A stretch of DNA of 40,054 nucleotides, from positions 1 through 40,054 of the forward strand of contig JBFLZG010000038.1 of the NCBI GenBank assembly GCA_040756235.1, given 5' to 3'. Below the pieces are notes generated by a model. That model searched no databases, was not told the DNA's origin, and saw only the letters and a program-made list of their open reading frames with translations. The stretch is from a bacterium. GTDB lineage: Bacteria > Desulfobacterota > DSWW01. Position 1 is the stretch's first letter. Every line of letters begins with the position of its first letter. Positions 34,845-40,054 of this stretch are shown piece by piece. Made by a program: the position numbers and the translations under genes.

Positions 34845-37800
34845 ATGATATCAGGAGAAAGGGTCGGCATGGATCCGGGAGACGGAAGGAGCAGGCCGGG
34901 CGAGCTGAACCGGCTCGCGCAGGCGTTGTCCGAGGTCTGCAGGGAGCGCCGGATCGAGGAGAAGTGGCTCCTGGCGCCTTCGGTTCGGGTCGGGTTCCAA
35001 TGGGTGGACCGGGTGGCGCGCTCCGGGCAGCCGGTGGTCAACGTCCGGGTGAAGACTCTGCGGCACATGGCCATGGAGCTCGCCGCGCCGGCCATGGACC
35101 GGCTGGGCGCGACCTTCCTGCGCGGGCAGCGCGCACAGATCCTCGCGGGCCGCGTGCTCGGGCGCCTCGCGGCAGCGGCCGGCAGCGAGGGGTACCTCAC
35201 GCCCCTGAAGGCCGGTCCGGGCCTCCTCCGCACGCTGCTCGGTTGCTTGAGGGACCTGCGCCTGGCCGGAAAGAGGGCGGCGGAGCTCGCCGAAACATGT
35301 TTCGAAGTAGAGGCCAAGGGCAAGGAGATCCGGTTCCTGCTGGCCGAGTACGAGCGCGAGCTGGAGGATTCGAAGCTCCTGGACGATGCGGACGCGCTGC
35401 GCGAGGCGGCGGCCCGTCTGCGCCGGGACCCGGACGCGCTGCCCGCGGACGCCCGGCTCCTGCTGCCCGCGGACGCGCTCGGGCAGCTGCGCGCGCTCGA
35501 GCGCCTGCTCTGGGACTCGGTCCCGGAAGCGAGCAAGGTCGTCCTCGAATGCGACCTGCCGGCCCGGCGCCGTGAGGGTGACGCCACCGACGCCGCGCTC
35601 CTTTCCTGGGTGCTCCGGCCGGCGCAAGCACCGGCGCCGGCGGCCGACGGCACGGTGAAGATCTTCCGTGCCGTGGGAGAGGCGAACGAAGTGCGCGAGG
35701 TCCTGAGGCGATGTGCGGAGGAGAGGATCCCGCTGGACGAGGTGGAAATCCTCCACCCGGATTCCGAGACCTATGTTCCCCTCCTTTACGAGCGCGCCTG
35801 GTTGCTCGTGCCCGAAGACCGGGACGCTGTCCCGATGAGCTTTGCCGAAGGCATACCGCCTCGCTACTCCCGGCCGGCCAGGGCCCTTACGGGCTGGCTC
35901 GCCTGGATCCGGGAGGATTACCCCCAGTCGGTGCTCGTCCGCATGGTGCAGGACGGGCTCCTCGAGCTGGGGGAGGGGCTTCCCGGTTTCACCATGCTCG
36001 GGGCGATTCTCCGCTCCGTCCCGATCGGCGGCGGACGGGAGCGTTACCTCGATGCGCTCGAGCGTGAGATCGCCGCGACCGAGGTCGCCTGCCGCAGGGA
36101 AGAAGATGGCGCGCGCGGCGCGCGCGCGGCCCGCGAAGACGCCGGCGATGAGGGCCCCAAAGCGGCAAGGCGTCTTGGCGCGGATCCGCGTGAGAGGCTT
36201 TCGGCCCTGCGCGCCCTGCGCTCCCTGGCGGGCGATCTGCTGGCGTGCGAGGCCGCCGCCGTCCAAGGCCAAGGCGGCGGCGCGCCGCCGGGCAGCGGCT
36301 CGGTCCAGCGGAGCGCTCTCGAGGGGGCGCTGCGCTTCCTCGACGCTCGCGCCCGACGAGGGAGCAAGCTCGACGAGTACGTCCATGCACAGCTCGTACG
36401 GGAGATCCGGGATCTCGGCCGCGCTCTTGGAAGCGAAGACCTGCCGGGCCTGGACGTCCACGAGTGGCTGGCCGAGCTCAGCCGGTCTGCGCACGTGCTG
36501 GGTCTCGGCCCGAGGCCCGGGTGCCTGCACGTGGCGCCGCTCTCCTCGGGCGGCCACTCCGGCCGGAAGCACACCTTTATCGTGGGCCTGGACGACACCC
36601 GCTTCCCGGGCGCCGGCCTCCAGGACCCGTTGCTCCTGGATGGCGAGCGGGCGAGGATCTCCGCGGATCTGCCGACCTCCGCCCGCAGGCTGGCCAGGAG
36701 TCTCGAAGGCTTTTCCGAGCTCCTGGCGCGTCTTCGGGGAAAGGTGACGCTCAGCTACTGCTGCCGCAGCCTCTCCGACGATCGCGAGATGTTTCCGAGC
36801 CCGGTCGTCGTCTCCGCCTATCGGATCCTCTCGGGCGACCTGGAGGCCGACCTGGAGAAGCTCGTCGCGAGCCTTCCCGAACCGGCCTGCTTCGCACCTG
36901 TGACGCCGGGCCGGGCGCTCGACGGGAACGAATGGTGGCTCTCGCGGCTCTCGGCGGCCGGGGCTCCGCAGCGCCCGGAAGGAGTGATCGCCCGGCATTT
37001 TCCGCACCTCGGCCGCGGCTTCCGTGCACGCGACGCCCGACGCAGCGATCGGTTCACCGAGTACGACGGCTGGGTGCCGGCGGCCGGTGCGGACCACGAC
37101 CCGACCGGCCCGGATGGGCCCGTCCTTTCGGCCAGCCGCCTGGAGAAGCTCGGGGCGTGTCCGATGGAGTACTTCTTTCGGTACGTCCTCGGGATCAGGC
37201 CTCTGGAAGAGACGCTCGTCGACCCGCACGCCTGGCTCCAGCCGGTCGCAAGGGGCGAGCTGCTCCACGAGGTCTTCCGCGATTTCATGAGCCGCCTGCG
37301 CGCACGGGATCTCCTTCCCGACGGCTCGCGGGACGGCGGACTGCTCCTGGCGATCCTCGAGGGAGCCCTCGCGCGCCGCAAGGGAGAGAAGCCGCCGCCC
37401 AGCCGAGAAGTCTTCGAGCGGGAAGCCAGGGAGCTCGGCGCGGCGGCGCGCATCTTCCTGCTGGAGGAAGAGGCCCACTGCAGGGGCAGCCGGCCCCTCT
37501 GCTTCGAGGCGGCGATCGGCCTCCCCTCCGAAGGTGAAGGGACGATCCTGGATACCCTCGAGCCGGTCACGATCGAGCTGCCGGGAGGGCAGCGGATCCG
37601 CGCGCGCGGCCGCATCGACCGCGTGGACGAGGTGCCTGAAGGCGGCGGGAAGCGGTACGCGGTGTGGGATTACAAGACCGGCTCGACCTGGAAGTACGCG
37701 GAGAACGGGCGCAGGAGGAGAGATCCTTTCCACCAGGGGAGGGTCGTCCAGAGTGCGCTCTACCTGGCCCTGGCCGAGGCGCGCCTGCAGGAGGCCGTCT

Positions 37801-38117
37801 GCGCGCAAGCCTCGGTGTCCCTGTTCGGATATTTCTTTCCGGCCCGCAGCGCCCACGGCGAGAGGATCCTGTGGAGCGCCCGTGAGCTGGCCGGAGGGGG
37901 CCTGATCCTGGCCCGGCTCTGCGAGATGATGCGGAGCGGCTGCTTCCCGTTCAGCGACGATCCGGGCGACGTGAGCTTCAGCGAATTCAGGGAGGCTTTC
38001 GGCGATCCGGAGGCAGCCGCCAGGGCCGTGAAGAGGAAGCTCGAGAACCCGGCCAACCGGGAGCTCGCGGCCTATCGCGCGCTCCGGGGGCCTGAGGGCG
38101 AAGAGCAGACAGCGTGA
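34845..38117 (+). CDS. addB: AddB-like protein: inactive helicase domains + C-terminal PD-(D/E)XK nuclease
   Basis: LSASRLEKLGACPMEYFFRYVLG, RGELLHEV, RGRIDRVD, VWDYKTG, QSALY; directly upstream of UvrD-like gene; start may be 34869. Confidence 0.82.
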   Translation: MISGERVGMDPGDGRSRPGELNRLAQALSEVCRERRIEEKWLLAPSVRVGFQWVDRVARSGQPVVNVRVKTLRHMAMELAAPAMDRLGATFLRGQRAQILAGRVLGRLAAAAGSEGYLTPLKAGPGLLRTLLGCLRDLRLAGKRAAELAETCFEVEAKGKEIRFLLAEYERELEDSKLLDDADALREAAARLRRDPDALPADARLLLPADALGQLRALERLLWDSVPEASKVVLECDLPARRREGDATDAALLSWVLRPAQAPAPAADGTVKIFRAVGEANEVREVLRRCAEERIPLDEVEILHPDSETYVPLLYERAWLLVPEDRDAVPMSFAEGIPPRYSRPARALTGWLAWIREDYPQSVLVRMVQDGLLELGEGLPGFTMLGAILRSVPIGGGRERYLDALEREIAATEVACRREEDGARGARAAREDAGDEGPKAARRLGADPRERLSALRALRSLAGDLLACEAAAVQGQGGGAPPGSGSVQRSALEGALRFLDARARRGSKLDEYVHAQLVREIRDLGRALGSEDLPGLDVHEWLAELSRSAHVLGLGPRPGCLHVAPLSSGGHSGRKHTFIVGLDDTRFPGAGLQDPLLLDGERARISADLPTSARRLARSLEGFSELLARLRGKVTLSYCCRSLSDDREMFPSPVVVSAYRILSGDLEADLEKLVASLPEPACFAPVTPGRALDGNEWWLSRLSAAGAPQRPEGVIARHFPHLGRGFRARDARRSDRFTEYDGWVPAAGADHDPTGPDGPVLSASRLEKLGACPMEYFFRYVLGIRPLEETLVDPHAWLQPVARGELLHEVFRDFMSRLRARDLLPDGSRDGGLLLAILEGALARRKGEKPPPSREVFEREARELGAAARIFLLEEEAHCRGSRPLCFEAAIGLPSEGEGTILDTLEPVTIELPGGQRIRARGRIDRVDEVPEGGGKRYAVWDYKTGSTWKYAENGRRRRDPFHQGRVVQSALYLALAEARLQEAVCAQASVSLFGYFFPARSAHGERILWSARELAGGGLILARLCEMMRSGCFPFSDDPGDVSFSEFREAFGDPEAAARAVKRKLENPANRELAAYRALRGPEGEEQTA

Positions 38118-38126
38118 GAACGTTCC

Positions 38127-38152
38127 GGGCGACGCATGCGTTCGCCCCTACA
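38127..38152. repeat. GTAG-type REP hairpin (family C, minus orientation) between addB and addA
   Basis: GGGCGACGCATGCGTTCGCCCCTACA. Confidence 0.65.
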
Positions 38153-38176
38153 GAAGAGGACCGCAATGGGGCGAGA

Positions 38177-40054
38177 ATGAAGACGATGGACGGAATGACG
38201 GGAAGCACGGTGGCGGGCGGCGGGCTCTCTGAAGTCACCGCTCAAGCGCCCTCCGGAGCGCCCGATCAGGCCCAGCGCTCGCTGATCTTCACGGAGCTGG
38301 ATCGCAACCTCCTGGTCGAGGCCGCGGCCGGCACCGGCAAGACGACCTGCATGCTGGGCAGGATGATCGCCCTCATCCGGACCGGCAGGTGCGAGCACCC
38401 CCGCAACCTCGCTGCCGTCACCTTCACGCGCAAGGCCGCGGCCGAGCTCAGGGCGCGGTTTCAGGTGAGCCTGGAGCAAGCGGTGCGCGGAGCCGAGGGC
38501 ATCGAGCGGCGCAGACTGGAACAGGCGCTCGCGCACCTGGAGCAGTGTTTCATCGGGACGATCCACTCGTTCTGTGCCCGCCTGCTCAGGGAACGCCCGG
38601 TAGAGGCCGGGGTGGACGTCGGGTTCGAGGAGATCGACGAGGACGCGGACAACCGGCTCCGCAGGGAGGCCTGGAGCGAGCTCGCAGCCAGGGTCGCGGC
38701 CGACGATCCGCAAGGGCTGGGGCCCGAGCTGGATCGGCTGGGCTTCGACCTTTCCGATCTGGAGTGCGGTTTCCGGACCTACGCCGACTTTCCGGACGTC
38801 CATCACTGGCCCGTGCCCCGGGACGGGGGACGACTGCCGGACCTGAGCAGCGCGATCGCCTCCCTGCGCGCCTACGTGAGACACGTGGCCGGTTTCTGCG
38901 ACCGCCTGCCCGGGGACTGCGGGAACGACAGCCTCATCCCTGAGCTGAGACGGCTGCCGCGCGTCTTCTCTCATTGTGACGATCTCGCCCGTCCGGCCCG
39001 CCTCATGGAAATGCTCGAGCTCTTCAACAAGAAGCGGCGCATCGTGTTCAAGGAATGGACCCGGGAGGGGGCCTTCACCAAGGAGCAGGCACGGGCCGAA
39101 GAAGGCCGGTGGAACAAGTTTCGGGAGGAAGTGGCCCTGCCGCTTCTCACGCGCTGGTACGAGCACCGCTACGGGCCGGTCATCCGGATCTTCGAGCTGG
39201 CCCGGGAGGTCTATGATCGCATGCGGCGCGAGCGGGGCCTTCTCAACTACCAGGACCTGCTCGTCAGGGCCGCGCATCTCCTGCGCGAGAATTCTCACGT
39301 GCGGATCTATTTCCGCGATCGTTTCCGCTTCCTCCTGGTGGACGAATTCCAGGATACCGACCCGGTCCAGGCCGAGGTCATGCTCCTGCTGACGGCGACC
39401 GATCCCGCCGAAAAGAGCTGGCGCAAGTGCCGGCCCCGGCCCGGCGCTCTGTTCGTCGTGGGCGACCCGAAGCAATCCATTTATCGTTTCCGCCGGGCGG
39501 ACATCGTCACCTATAACGAGGTGAAAGAGATCCTGCGCCAGGGCGGCGCCGAAGGGAGTGAGGGGCTCGTCGTGAACCTTTCGGCCAATTTCCGGACGAG
39601 CGGCCCGCTCATCGACTGGATCAACCGGGTCTTCGGACCGGCGCAAGCAGCCGGTACGGCCCCGGCCGCCGGTGCGGCAGCGGACGGCGCAGGACCAGGG
39701 CCCGAGGAGGACGGCGGCGCCAGCTCGATGCTCCGGTTCCCGCAAGACGAATCCGACGTCTCGCCGGGCTACGTTCCCCTGCAATGCGGCCGGAGCGACC
39801 GCGAAAAAGGCGGGAGCGGGCCGCTCCAGGGGGTCTGGTGCCTCCGGGTGCCGGAGGACTCCTGCAGGAGAGACCTCGCCACCGACTACGAAGCGGAGCT
39901 GATCGCCCGCATCATCCGTCACGTCCTGGACTCCGGCGCAGGACCGGGAGCGGCGGCCGCACCGGGGGCAGGGACCCTGCCGCGGCCCGGTCCGGGGGCC
40001 GCCCGCCGGCCGGCCGCGGCCGGCCCCAAACAGGTCCTGGCCCCCCACCGCGCA
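38177..40054 (+). CDS. addA: AddA-like UvrD/REP helicase (5' part; runs off window end, absent from ORF track)
   Basis: Open frame from ATG 38177: LVEAAAGTGKT (Walker A), AVTFTRKAAAEL, IGTIHSFC, LLVDEFQDTD (Walker B), VGDPKQSIYRFRRAD, NFRT. Confidence 0.9.
   Translation, partial: MKTMDGMTGSTVAGGGLSEVTAQAPSGAPDQAQRSLIFTELDRNLLVEAAAGTGKTTCMLGRMIALIRTGRCEHPRNLAAVTFTRKAAAELRARFQVSLEQAVRGAEGIERRRLEQALAHLEQCFIGTIHSFCARLLRERPVEAGVDVGFEEIDEDADNRLRREAWSELAARVAADDPQGLGPELDRLGFDLSDLECGFRTYADFPDVHHWPVPRDGGRLPDLSSAIASLRAYVRHVAGFCDRLPGDCGNDSLIPELRRLPRVFSHCDDLARPARLMEMLELFNKKRRIVFKEWTREGAFTKEQARAEEGRWNKFREEVALPLLTRWYEHRYGPVIRIFELAREVYDRMRRERGLLNYQDLLVRAAHLLRENSHVRIYFRDRFRFLLVDEFQDTDPVQAEVMLLLTATDPAEKSWRKCRPRPGALFVVGDPKQSIYRFRRADIVTYNEVKEILRQGGAEGSEGLVVNLSANFRTSGPLIDWINRVFGPAQAAGTAPAAGAAADGAGPGPEEDGGASSMLRFPQDESDVSPGYVPLQCGRSDREKGGSGPLQGVWCLRVPEDSCRRDLATDYEAELIARIIRHVLDSGAGPGAAAAPGAGTLPRPGPGAARRPAAAGPKQVLAPHRA

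Noticed and set aside
34604..34845. Small gene or ncRNA between the exported protein and addB
   Set aside because: No convincing start/RBS or recognisable RNA family; only a short GTGAC..GTCAC inverted repeat
34845..38117. Cas4 or a helicase-nuclease defence system
   Set aside because: Length, domain order and adjacency to a UvrD-like gene fit housekeeping AddAB; no cas genes
1081..40048. Many long antisense or alternate-frame ORFs (e.g. 4375..6711 -, 8578..10833 +, 18152..20788 +, 34851..37856 -, 38072..40048 -)
   Set aside because: Shadow ORFs expected from high GC; they overlap well-supported genes and have Arg/Gly/Pro-rich, motif-free translations

Overview
GC-rich (roughly two-thirds G+C by eye) bacterial chromosomal window; gene content (selenocysteine formate dehydrogenase, DsrMK-like module, Omp85 barrel) points to an anaerobic diderm, probably a deltaproteobacterium (Desulfobacterota-like). 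About 28 CDS: a nucleotidyltransferase-like hypothetical, LarA-family protein, HAD phosphatase, zinc-ribbon protein, pgm, a triple-PAS hybrid kinase, asnB, a mevalonate-pathway decarboxylase, a GT4 glycosyltransferase, enoyl-CoA hydratase, RluA synthase, a NuoE/NuoF-like + Sec-FdhA operon (in-frame TGA plus SECIS hairpin), a polyferredoxin-like Fe-S protein, a four-gene minus-strand cluster (NTT nucleotide transporter, PAP2 phosphatase, POTRA-less Omp85 barrel, exported HipA/PI3K-like kinase-fold protein), dsrM/dsrK-like genes with a Cys-less tandem DsrC-like protein, three exported hypotheticals and addB/addA (addA runs off the window). Intergenic regions are dense with several families of REP/MITE-like palindromic repeats, some of which supply gene stop codons. 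No rRNA, tRNA, CRISPR array, integrase or transposase was recognised. The best candidate for an undescribed system is the NTT-PAP2-Omp85-kinase cluster (possible extracytoplasmic phosphorylation module). All calls come from motif reading only; no database search was run.
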